Source: Dehalococcoidia bacterium
GTDB taxonomy: Bacteria > Chloroflexota > Dehalococcoidia > Lucifugimonadales > UBA3495
NCBI GenBank assembly: GCA_027249445.1
Contig: JAPNTN010000129.1
Coordinates: 1-33,240 of the forward strand
Reading direction: 5' to 3'
Length of the DNA stretch: 33,240 nt
A program made the position numbers and the translations under genes. Positions 1 to 8,476 of the stretch are shown in pieces. The notes beneath the pieces were generated by a model. The model was not told the DNA's origin, made no database searches, and worked only from the letters and a program-made list of their open reading frames with translations. The first letter of the stretch is position 1; every line of letters begins with the position of its first letter.

Positions 1-25
1 TGAAGTATGCACAATTGTTGTTGTG

Positions 26-53
26 TTGACAAGATATTGGGATGCTGTAAGCT
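26..53 (+). promoter_or_regulatory. Putative sigma70-type promoter
   Basis: TTGACA (26-31), 16-nt spacer, TAAGCT (48-53); SD GGAGG at 107-111 before ATG 117. Confidence 0.45.
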
Positions 54-116
54 ACTGCTTGCTTTATCATAATGAACGAATGTTTACATGAGAATTTTTA
101 AATACTGGAGGCTAGG

Positions 117-1061
117 ATGGCAAAAGTAGGGTTTGTCGGGCTTGGAACTATGGGGGCAAACATGGCTTTTAACTGCTTACAGGGCGGTAATGACATGATT
201 GTCCACGATATACGTAGAGAATCAGCGACTCCTCATCTGGAAGCAGGGGCCGTCTGGGCTGACACGCCCAGAGAAGTTGCGGAGTCCAGTGATGTTGTAT
301 TTACATCCCTTCCGGGTCCAGTCGAGATTGAAGCAGTGGCTTTGGGTGAATCAGGGTTGCTAGAGGGACTGACAGAAGGAAAAACTTATTTCGATCTAAG
401 TACGAATTCTCCAACTGTAATAAGGCATATACATGAGGTAATGGCTGCTAGGGGTGTTAGTGTATTAGATGCCCCTGTTAGCGGAGGACCCCGAGGTGCT
501 AAGTCCAGGAATTTAGCGATATGGGTTGGCGGAGATAAAGATTTATTTGATAAATATAAATCTGTATTGGACTCAATCGGGGATAAAGCGTACTACGTAG
601 GGCCAATTGGGTGCGGAGCAGTAGCCAAGCTCGTTCACAATTGCTCGGGATATATTATTCAAACTGCTCTGGCGGAAGTATTTACTATGGGAGTTAAGGC
701 AGGTGTCGAACCGTTGGCTTTGTGGCAGGCTGTACGTAGAGGTGCTCAAGGTCGTAGAGGAACCTTTGAAGGCTTAGCAGAACACTTGTTGCCTGGAAAT
801 TTCGATCCACCGGATTTTGCGCTTAGGTTGGCACGTAAAGATGTGGATTTAGCAGTTGGAGTTGGCAGGGAATTTGATGTTCCTATGAAATTGGCAAATA
901 TTACACTTGCTGAAATGACCGAAGCTATGAACAGAGGTTGGGACGGGAGAGACTCCAGAGTTTCCATGCTTCTCCAAGAGGAAAGAGCCGGAGTTGAAGT
1001 GAGGGTAGATCCAGAAATATTAAAACAAGCGCTTGAGTCTGAACGCCAAGCAAATGGTTAA
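117..1061 (+). CDS. NAD(P)-dependent beta-hydroxyacid dehydrogenase (3-hydroxyisobutyrate dehydrogenase / tartronate semialdehyde reductase family)
   Basis: N-terminal GFVGLGTMG Rossmann motif, DAPVSGG, catalytic Lys in AKLVHN, F-x-L-x-L-x-x-KD motif; strong SD. Confidence 0.9.
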   Translation: MAKVGFVGLGTMGANMAFNCLQGGNDMIVHDIRRESATPHLEAGAVWADTPREVAESSDVVFTSLPGPVEIEAVALGESGLLEGLTEGKTYFDLSTNSPTVIRHIHEVMAARGVSVLDAPVSGGPRGAKSRNLAIWVGGDKDLFDKYKSVLDSIGDKAYYVGPIGCGAVAKLVHNCSGYIIQTALAEVFTMGVKAGVEPLALWQAVRRGAQGRRGTFEGLAEHLLPGNFDPPDFALRLARKDVDLAVGVGREFDVPMKLANITLAEMTEAMNRGWDGRDSRVSMLLQEERAGVEVRVDPEILKQALESERQANG

Positions 1062-1076
1062 AATGAGTGTGTATGG

Positions 1077-1850
1077 TTACTGGTTTTGAATGACTAGTGG
1101 CCATACCACTACTGCTGCCGCAGTAAAAAGCAGAAGGCACCCCAAGGGGTTTTTTATACTTAGTCCCCAATAAGAGTTTTTCTCCACGGCCATTATGCCC
1201 CCGATTATCATCATCAATACCAGATTGGTTGATCCGGTCAAGAACATCAGCATCATGAGCGTCCAACAACAACCTATGCAATAAATTCCATGTTTATATC
1301 CTAAGGAAAGAGCCTGCTTGATTGATGAGTTGCCATGCCACCGGGCAAGTATAAAGCTGAAGGGTGATCTGCATTTTATAAGGCATTGGTATTTTAGGTT
1401 AGTAAATTGATATAGACCACACAATGCAAGTGCAATAGCAACTATTATCCGCGTAGTTCCCGATGTTATGACATATTGGCTCGCTATCAAGTGTATAGCC
1501 ATGTGTATGATATGCACTGCTAGGCCTAACGCTGACCATATTCCAACATATCCAATTATTAGACTAATTATTAGTGTTTTATGATTTGGTTCGTCATTTA
1601 TTAGATTGTGGAAGGACAATATTAGGGGGATAGTCGTAGGCAACATCATGGCGAACACCATAAGTGTCCAACCTAGTATGAATATTAATCCGGAAATAAG
1701 GCCTATTGAATTAGAAAAAGAGCTACTATTGTGGCCCAGAAACACTTTTGCGGGGGATTCATTCCATACCCATAAGGAGATCCACGATAGTAGTACCAGA
1801 CTCAATAGTAACAATATTAATATGCGCTTGCTTTCTATTTGAGGGGTCAC
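1077..1850 (-). CDS. DUF2182-family predicted metal-binding integral membrane protein
   Basis: Multiple TM segments; family motifs W-x-LM-x-x-AMMLP, YQFT-x-LK-x-x-CL-x-x-CRSP, G-x-YCIGCCW-x-LM, x-EK; GTG start. Confidence 0.85.
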   Translation of the reverse strand: MTPQIESKRILILLLLSLVLLSWISLWVWNESPAKVFLGHNSSSFSNSIGLISGLIFILGWTLMVFAMMLPTTIPLILSFHNLINDEPNHKTLIISLIIGYVGIWSALGLAVHIIHMAIHLIASQYVITSGTTRIIVAIALALCGLYQFTNLKYQCLIKCRSPFSFILARWHGNSSIKQALSLGYKHGIYCIGCCWTLMMLMFLTGSTNLVLMMIIGGIMAVEKNSYWGLSIKNPLGCLLLFTAAAVVVWPLVIQNQ

Positions 1851-1911
1851 AGGAGGCTTGCATCCTTAATCAATCAATACGCAGTACGCTAGTTGATACT
1901 GTCTAAGTCTG

Positions 1912-3369
1912 TTATTGTCGTTGCCACTTTAAGTCAGGTCTTCTAGCGGCTTGTGCTTCGTCTAAACGCGACACCGGTGTTGTGTGAGGCGCATTTTGCA
2001 CTGTTTCAGGCTGGTCGTGTGATTCTTGGTCTATTTGGACAAGAGCGTCAATGAATGCGTCTAACGTCTCTTTTGTTTCAGACTCAGTTGGTTCTATCAT
2101 TAATGCTTCGTGGACTATTAGCGGGAAATACATTGTTGGAGCATGATATCCATAGTCAAGAAGTCTTTTCGCAACTTCCAGTCCGCTGACACCTCGTTCC
2201 TTTTGCCAATCAGCTGAAAATACAACCTCATGCATGCATCGTCTATCGTAAGGTAAGAAATATTTATCCTTTAAAGATTCCATAATGTAATTTGCATTTA
2301 GAACAGCATTTCCGCTGATCGATCTTAACCCTTCAGCACCAAGTGTTCTTATGTAAGTATATGCTCTAACAAGAACCCCGAAATTGCCGTGAAAGCCGCT
2401 AATTTTCCCAATGCTTCCTTCTGGTGTGAAAAGCTCGAAGGAATCTCCGGATTTAGTGATTAACGGTGATGCAAGAAATGGAGTCAATGACTCTACGCAG
2501 CACACTGGACCTGCTCCGGGCCCGCCTCCACCGTGAGGAGTACTAAATGTTTTATGGAGGTTGAGGTGTGCAACATCGAAACCGAGTTCTCCGAGTTTAG
2601 CTCTGCCGAGAAGGGCATTCATGTTGGCTCCATCCCCGTATACCATTCCTCCTGCCTCATGAACGATCCTGCATACTTCTACAATGTTTTCATCGAATAT
2701 ACCAAGGGTGCTCGGCAGTGTGATCATTGCCCCTGCAAGATCAGGCCCGGCAAGGCCTCTCAATTGCTCTATATCAACATTACCATTCGCGTCGGATGGC
2801 AATGTCACTACATCGAATCCCGCCATTGCTGCAGAAGCTGGATTAGTTCCGTGGGCGCTATCAGGTATGGCCATTTTGGTACGCCCGAGATCATTTCTAG
2901 AATGATGATATGCCCGGATCATTAACACACCAGCCAGTTCCCCGTGTGCTCCTGCTAATGTTGCAAGACTGACACCATTCATTCCTGTAATTTCGGCTAA
3001 GAATTCTTGTAGTCTATGTAGAAGTTCCAATGCTCCTTGAGATGACTCAGCAGGTTGTAATGGGTGTATATTGGCAAATCCTGGCAAAAATGCCATTTCA
3101 TCGTTTACTTTTGGGTTGTATTTCATTGTGCAGCTACCTAGTGGGTAAAACTGCGTGTCTATAGAAAAATTCAGTTGGCTGAGATTGGTAAAGTATTGAA
3201 CGACTTCAGGTTCCGATATTTCTGGTAATTCTAGATTGGATCGCAGTAAATTAGGATTGAGTTGAGTTTGCTCTGGAACATCAAGGGCAGGCGTTACTAC
3301 TCCTGACCTCCCTCGTACGCTACGGTCCATCAATAATTTTTCTGTAGTGCGATTTCCACCTTTGATCAT
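1912..3369 (-). CDS. gcvPB: Glycine dehydrogenase (decarboxylating) subunit 2, GCS P-protein beta
   Basis: FYPLGSCTMKYNPK, SAHGTNPASA, PLP-lysine motif HLNLHKTFSTPHGGGGPG, MIEPTESE. Confidence 0.96.
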   Translation of the reverse strand: MIKGGNRTTEKLLMDRSVRGRSGVVTPALDVPEQTQLNPNLLRSNLELPEISEPEVVQYFTNLSQLNFSIDTQFYPLGSCTMKYNPKVNDEMAFLPGFANIHPLQPAESSQGALELLHRLQEFLAEITGMNGVSLATLAGAHGELAGVLMIRAYHHSRNDLGRTKMAIPDSAHGTNPASAAMAGFDVVTLPSDANGNVDIEQLRGLAGPDLAGAMITLPSTLGIFDENIVEVCRIVHEAGGMVYGDGANMNALLGRAKLGELGFDVAHLNLHKTFSTPHGGGGPGAGPVCCVESLTPFLASPLITKSGDSFELFTPEGSIGKISGFHGNFGVLVRAYTYIRTLGAEGLRSISGNAVLNANYIMESLKDKYFLPYDRRCMHEVVFSADWQKERGVSGLEVAKRLLDYGYHAPTMYFPLIVHEALMIEPTESETKETLDAFIDALVQIDQESHDQPETVQNAPHTTPVSRLDEAQAARRPDLKWQRQ

Positions 3370-3370
3370 G

Positions 3371-4723
3371 CTATTTTATCTCACTTAACGTAGATATTAG
3401 AGAATCAATGTCTTGACGGCTGTTAAGTTCGGTCACGCACATCAACATGCCATTGACGACATTTTCAGGTGAAGACTTGGAGAATGGTGGATTTGATAAG
3501 TCTAAGCCACCAAGGATGTTCTGACTTATTAGTATTCGATTGACATCTGCCGCCGGGATAGGGCAGTCGATTATGAATTCGTGGAAAAAAGGATTTGGAG
3601 CTACTATTTTATATCCAGCGATTTTTGATATCTCATTCGCGGCGTAGTGTGCCTTGTGGTAGCACAATTCTGATATCTGGCGCAGCCCGTTCTTACCCAT
3701 AGCGGATAAATATATGGTGGAGGCCAGTGCGTATAGCGCCTCGTTAGTACATATGTTACTAGTGGCACGCTCTCTACGGATGTGCTGTTCTCTCGTTTGA
3801 AGGGTTAGAACGTATCCGTTTTTTCCGTTAGTGTCTACGGTTCTTCCTACTATACGGCTTGGCATTTGTCTAATGTATTCTTGTTTGGTGGCAAATAGTC
3901 CTAGATAGGGACCGCCGTAACTTGTTGGGATGCCAAGCGGTTGCCCTTCACCTGTAACTATATCAGCTCCGTACTCCCCTGGGCTTTTAAGCATGCCCAT
4001 CGCTAGTGGATTGGTTGATACTACTAGGAGTGCACCGCAGTTGTGCGCTTTAGCGGAATATCCTGATATGTCTTCAATTCCACCGATAAAATTTGGGTAT
4101 TGGGATACTACACAAGCAGTTTTTTCTGACGGTGAAAGGGTGCTGGCGGAATCGGTGGTTATGTCGATACCCTGTGCCTGGCAATATGTGTGTATTACCT
4201 GCTGGTATAAGGGGGAAACACTATCGAGTATTATCACCTCATCACGTTTTGTTACCCTACAAGCCATGAGGACTCCCTCGGCTAAGCTGGTTGCTCCGTC
4301 GTACATACCTGCGTTCGCTACTTCCATGTCATAGAGGTTTGCGATAAGGCTTTGGAATTCGTAGATTACTTGTAATGTGCCTTGGCTTACCTCTGGCTGG
4401 TAAGGGGTATAGGCAGTCAGGAACTCTCCCCTGGTCATTAGCGATTTGACAATAGCGGGGATGAAATGGTTGTAGGAGCCTGCTCCCAGAAATGATGGCC
4501 CGCTGCTGAGAACGCGATTGTTGCTCGCGAATGTGGAGAGTTCTTTTTGTATTTCTATCTCTGAGATAGGGGAGGGAAGGTTCAAAACTGGGTTTCGGAA
4601 TGTGTCTGGTATATCTTGAAATAATTCGTCGACGGAATGCAGATTTAAGGTAGCGAGCATCGCTTCCTGTTCTTCCGGGGTGTTGGGTATGTAATGGGAT
4701 TGAAAATGACCCTGATTGGTCAC
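3371..4723 (-). CDS. gcvPA: Glycine dehydrogenase (decarboxylating) subunit 1, GCS P-protein alpha
   Basis: FLGAG-x-Y-x-H, EFLTAYTPYQPEVSQGTLQ, REQHIRRERATSNICTN; GTG start. Confidence 0.96.
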   Translation of the reverse strand: MTNQGHFQSHYIPNTPEEQEAMLATLNLHSVDELFQDIPDTFRNPVLNLPSPISEIEIQKELSTFASNNRVLSSGPSFLGAGSYNHFIPAIVKSLMTRGEFLTAYTPYQPEVSQGTLQVIYEFQSLIANLYDMEVANAGMYDGATSLAEGVLMACRVTKRDEVIILDSVSPLYQQVIHTYCQAQGIDITTDSASTLSPSEKTACVVSQYPNFIGGIEDISGYSAKAHNCGALLVVSTNPLAMGMLKSPGEYGADIVTGEGQPLGIPTSYGGPYLGLFATKQEYIRQMPSRIVGRTVDTNGKNGYVLTLQTREQHIRRERATSNICTNEALYALASTIYLSAMGKNGLRQISELCYHKAHYAANEISKIAGYKIVAPNPFFHEFIIDCPIPAADVNRILISQNILGGLDLSNPPFSKSSPENVVNGMLMCVTELNSRQDIDSLISTLSEIK

Positions 4724-4782
4724 GAGTTTTTGGCTCCTTGGATAGTACCTAGCTACTACTCATAATAGCATGGCTTGCTTGG

Positions 4783-5178
4783 TTATGCTTGTTCCGTAAA
4801 CGATTGATATTCATCTGCCGATATTAGAGAGCTGAGTTCTCCGGTATCGCTCAAAATGACCTGCAATATCCACCCTTCATTGTACGGGTCTTCGTTGATT
4901 AATTCTGGTCGGTCCAGAAGTTCACTGTTTGTTTTTATGACCTCTCCGCTTACTGGAGAGAATAAGTCTGATACTGCCTTAACTGATTCAATCTCTCCCA
5001 TTTTCTCCATATGCACCAAATTTGAGCCTATCTCTGGCATATCTATGAATACCACGTCACCGAGTTGTTCTTGAGCGTAGTCTGTTATACCTACTATTGC
5101 TAAGTTACTCTCAGCGTCTTGTATTTTGAGCCATTCGTGTTCTTTAGTATATTGGCGATCCGATGGATTCAATGTCAT
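4783..5178 (-). CDS. gcvH: Glycine cleavage system H protein (lipoyl carrier)
   Basis: EHEW, GITDYAQEQLGDVVF, lipoyl-Lys motif ESVKA, INEDPY-x-x-GW; 4-nt overlap with gcvT stop. Confidence 0.96.
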   Translation of the reverse strand: MTLNPSDRQYTKEHEWLKIQDAESNLAIVGITDYAQEQLGDVVFIDMPEIGSNLVHMEKMGEIESVKAVSDLFSPVSGEVIKTNSELLDRPELINEDPYNEGWILQVILSDTGELSSLISADEYQSFTEQA

Positions 5179-6278
5179 GGCCTCCTAGGGCGTGAGTAAA
5201 ATGGGAGTTGAGCTAATTCTGCTTTTATTAATTTGCCTCTGATGTCTATTTCCAAGGCGTCAGATTGCTGAGCGTGCTGATCCAAAACGTAGCCCATCGC
5301 AATGCTTGTGTCAAGAGTGGGGGAATAGCTTCCGCTAGTAATATATCCGATCTGTTCCCCGTTTCGGAGAATAGGGTATTCTGCTCTAGGTGCGCTTCTA
5401 CCTGGCACCTTTAGACCGACTAGGGACATCTCAGTTCCTTTGTCTAATTGATGGTAGATTACTTCAGACCCAATAAAGTTGCCGGACTTTCTAACAAATC
5501 TTGAAAGGCCAGCTTCGATCGGGGTCTTGTTAATGTTGATTTCATGTCCGTGCAGGGGTAGGGCAGCTTCTAATCTGAGGACGTCTCTCGCTCCCAATCC
5601 ACAAGGGGTTGCGCCTGCTTCCGTCAAGCTACTCCAAACATTTACCGCATGTTCTGAATCGACCACTATTTCAAAACCGTCCTCGCCCGTATATCCTGTT
5701 CTGCCCATCATAACCTTATGGTCTTGTAATATACCGTTAGCCCAGCTGAATCCTCTTATGGATGAGGGGAGTGCCCCGTTGTCAACAATACATATTTGAT
5801 CCAATATAGTACTGCTCTGTGGTCCTTGTATGGCTATCAGGCTAGTTTTGAATGTTTGGTCGTCTAAACTACATTTCCCTGTAAAGTTATTGTCTATCCA
5901 GGATTGCAGCCAATTTATTATTTGGACACGGTTCCCTGCATTAGGGATTAACAAATAACGGGTCTCTGCGAGGCGGTAAAAGATTGTGTCATCGATTATT
6001 CCTCCAGATTCGTCGCAGATCATGCAATATCTGGCTCTTCCTATTTTGAGAGTGCTAGCTGGGGATGTGAGGACTAAATCCAGTAGATCAGTTGCAGAGT
6101 CCCCCTCGATATATAATCTGCCCATGTGAGATACATCAAACAATCCAGATTTTGTTCTAACTGCGGCCACTTCAGATATTATTCCAGCGTATTGTACTGG
6201 CATATCCCATCCGCCAAAGGGCACCATTCGTGCTCCAGACTCGGTATGTATTTGGTGGAGTACCGTTTTTAGATCCAT
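5175..6278 (-). CDS. gcvT: Glycine cleavage system aminomethyltransferase T
   Basis: [41 protein letters not shown]; start placed at ATG 6278 (ORF track extends to 6299). Confidence 0.95.
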   Translation of the reverse strand: MDLKTVLHQIHTESGARMVPFGGWDMPVQYAGIISEVAAVRTKSGLFDVSHMGRLYIEGDSATDLLDLVLTSPASTLKIGRARYCMICDESGGIIDDTIFYRLAETRYLLIPNAGNRVQIINWLQSWIDNNFTGKCSLDDQTFKTSLIAIQGPQSSTILDQICIVDNGALPSSIRGFSWANGILQDHKVMMGRTGYTGEDGFEIVVDSEHAVNVWSSLTEAGATPCGLGARDVLRLEAALPLHGHEININKTPIEAGLSRFVRKSGNFIGSEVIYHQLDKGTEMSLVGLKVPGRSAPRAEYPILRNGEQIGYITSGSYSPTLDTSIAMGYVLDQHAQQSDALEIDIRGKLIKAELAQLPFYSRPRRP

Positions 6279-6455
6279 ATGTTTATGTTTCTCATTCAAA
6301 ATAAAAGGGGTATTCAGTTAGTATCCTACCATCGTGTGGTAGCTATATCCACTAGGTAGTAGATACTCCCAGTATTCATGATCTACATCCTATTTGACCA
6401 GATGTGGTATATTTGCCACATTGACGGTAATTCGCTGGAACATAGGTTATTAATT

Positions 6456-7775
6456 ATGCGAATACTTCTGATAGCAACGAATCGCCACAACAGATGGATG
6501 ACAAAGGACGAAGTTCGTCCCTTGCCGATTGGCCTCGCGTATGTGGCAGCTTACATAAATCCCGATAGGCATTCCGTGCGTATCTTGGATCTGATGTTCT
6601 CTGAGGACCATATATCTGATACAGAACAGGCTGTAAAAGAATACAGGCCAGACATAGTAGGGATCTCATTACGTAACTTGGATAATGGTAGCTTTACTAA
6701 TCCTCAATCAGCTCTATCTACGACAAGGGATGTTATACAGGCAATTCGAAAGAACAGTAGTGCTCTAGTAACTTGCGGTGGGCCTGCCTTCAGTATTTTG
6801 CCAGAAGATTGTTTTAATTATTTGGAGACGGATGTCGGGTTAGTAGGGGACTCAGCTGAATGTTTTGCGGATTTGGCTGATCTAATGGACGATGGAAAGT
6901 CCTGGAGAGACCTGCCGGGGATAATGTTCAAAGATGGAGGAGTACTTAAGATAGCTGAAGAAAAGGCTTCTTCAGCGTTGTCTAAGCCTCCCAGATTTGA
7001 CGATTTAGATCTCTCTCAATATAGATCAGCTGGGTTTGGTGTTGGAATAATTACTAAATTAGGCTGGTACTCTTCTACCGTAGCTAGTCCGAGTTCTGAT
7101 GACGAATGGAGAATCGTGCGTCCTGTTGAGGACGTAATTGGAGAGATAGGCCGCCTTAAAGATGAATATGATTTAAATGAATTTTTCTTTATTGACCAAG
7201 AATTCAACAGGCCTATAGATTATGCTAAGCAGTTGTGTAGTGCCATATGCGATATGCGATTGGATATAAAGTGGAATACTAATATTACTCCATCATCCTA
7301 TGATGATGAGCTTATGTCATTGTTAACTGCGGCCGGATGCCAAATGGTACTTATAGGCGGTGGTTCTATCAAAGGAAATGTAATGCCAGGTGACACAGGC
7401 GAAGAACATATGCGACTTGGCACTGACCTTTCAGACCTTCAGAAGTTATGCGAAATGTGTCAAAAACATGCACTGCCGTATTCGATTACCCAAGGCTTTG
7501 GAGAGATAGGAGAAACGGATCAAACAGTGCGTGATAAATTGGCGTTCTTATCTACGGCTACGAGCAATGGCAGGTCTAGTGTTGTCACTTTACGAGTGGG
7601 TACTAGATTATATCCTGGAACTGAATTAGCGGCTCGAGCTGCTAACGAGGGTATCATAAATTGTGAATCCGAATTGTTAATGCCAGTCTTTTATGTATCT
7701 CAGCCTGTGAGAAACACTTTAATAGGCACATTAGAGGAAGCAATTGCCGGTCATCCGACCTGGACCATACTTTAG
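6456..7775 (+). CDS. Cobalamin-binding domain / radical-SAM-fold protein lacking the CxxxCxxC motif
   Basis: B12-binding Rossmann motifs PIGLAYVAA, PDIVGISLRNLD, GGPAFS; radical SAM barrel motifs RPVEDVIGEI, FFFIDQEFN, GET, RLYPGTEL; TKLG-WYSSTVAS where TKRG-CxxxCxxC is expected. Start taken at MRILL (6456) rather than 6378. Confidence 0.8.
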   Translation: MRILLIATNRHNRWMTKDEVRPLPIGLAYVAAYINPDRHSVRILDLMFSEDHISDTEQAVKEYRPDIVGISLRNLDNGSFTNPQSALSTTRDVIQAIRKNSSALVTCGGPAFSILPEDCFNYLETDVGLVGDSAECFADLADLMDDGKSWRDLPGIMFKDGGVLKIAEEKASSALSKPPRFDDLDLSQYRSAGFGVGIITKLGWYSSTVASPSSDDEWRIVRPVEDVIGEIGRLKDEYDLNEFFFIDQEFNRPIDYAKQLCSAICDMRLDIKWNTNITPSSYDDELMSLLTAAGCQMVLIGGGSIKGNVMPGDTGEEHMRLGTDLSDLQKLCEMCQKHALPYSITQGFGEIGETDQTVRDKLAFLSTATSNGRSSVVTLRVGTRLYPGTELAARAANEGIINCESELLMPVFYVSQPVRNTLIGTLEEAIAGHPTWTIL

Positions 7776-7913
7776 TGAGCGATATTTTTCATACTCTGAG
7801 TCATTCTATTCTTCGGATTAGATACTAAGTATTACGAATAGGACTATGCTAACCTTCTAATAAAGCTTTAATTCGTAAAAATATCATATATTTTCCGCAA
7901 TTTTTTTTACATC

Positions 7914-7942
7914 TTGGGTATCACGCAACTATGTTGTATAAT
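7914..7942 (+). promoter_or_regulatory. Putative sigma70-type promoter of the zinc-ribbon gene
   Basis: TTGGGT (7914-7919), 17-nt spacer, perfect TATAAT (7937-7942). Confidence 0.55.
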
Positions 7943-8056
7943 GCCATGTGTAAACAGGCTTGGTACAGGGTACTTTCCAGTTGTTAGTATGTGAATCGGC
8001 AGACTTAGCGCAGGATGACCTCAACTGAGCTAGACAATATCATCGGAGGTCTTGAC

Positions 8057-8344
8057 TTGGCACTTTCAGACAAAACTTTAACCTGTGCGGATTGTGGGGC
8101 GTCGTTTATTTTCACGGTAGGTGAGCAGGAATTCTTCAACTCAAGAGGTTTCACTAACGAGCCTCGACGTTGCCCTGAGTGCCGCCAGCAGCGGCGAGGA
8201 CAGCGAGGCGGGGGATTTGGTCAGCCTAGGGAAATGCACCCAGCGGTTTGTGCGCAGTGCGGAGTGGATACTATGGTTCCATTCCTTCCTAGAGGTGATC
8301 GTCCAGTATATTGCAGTGACTGCTTCAGCTCTATGCGTAACTAG
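8057..8344 (+). CDS. Zinc-ribbon protein (zf-trcl-like N domain plus CxxC-x17-CxxC C domain), probably nucleic-acid binding
   Basis: DKTLTCADCG..FTVGEQEFF..RGF.NEPRRCPECR; REMHPAVCAQCG...VPF.PRGDRPVYCSDCF; TTG start at 8057 with GGAGG at 8045-8049. Confidence 0.88.
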   Translation: MALSDKTLTCADCGASFIFTVGEQEFFNSRGFTNEPRRCPECRQQRRGQRGGGFGQPREMHPAVCAQCGVDTMVPFLPRGDRPVYCSDCFSSMRN

Positions 8345-8401
8345 GGAAGCCTTGAATTAAAGTGCTTTAAGCAGCTTAATTCAGGTTAACTGAGTCACAG
8401 A

Positions 8402-8446
8402 AAATGATAAGGCCCCCGACAAACATTGTCGGGGGCCTTATCATTT
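8402..8446. terminator. Perfect 21-bp inverted repeat, probable intrinsic terminator
   Basis: AAATGATAAGGCCCCCGACAA-ACA-TTGTCGGGGGCCTTATCATTT downstream of the zinc-ribbon gene. Confidence 0.7.
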
Positions 8447-8476
8447 GTTCATCTCGACAAGAGTAGGATTAAGCAT

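Noticed and set aside
6279-6455. Glycine riboswitch upstream of gcvT
   Set aside because: No GGAGA / CCGAAG / CTCTCAGG aptamer signatures on the minus strand.
6378-6455. N-terminal extension of the B12-binding protein in the ORF track
   Set aside because: The family-typical start is MRILL at 6456 and the extension overlaps promoter-like motifs. The track starts at 8015, 8426 and 31519 were moved for similar reasons.
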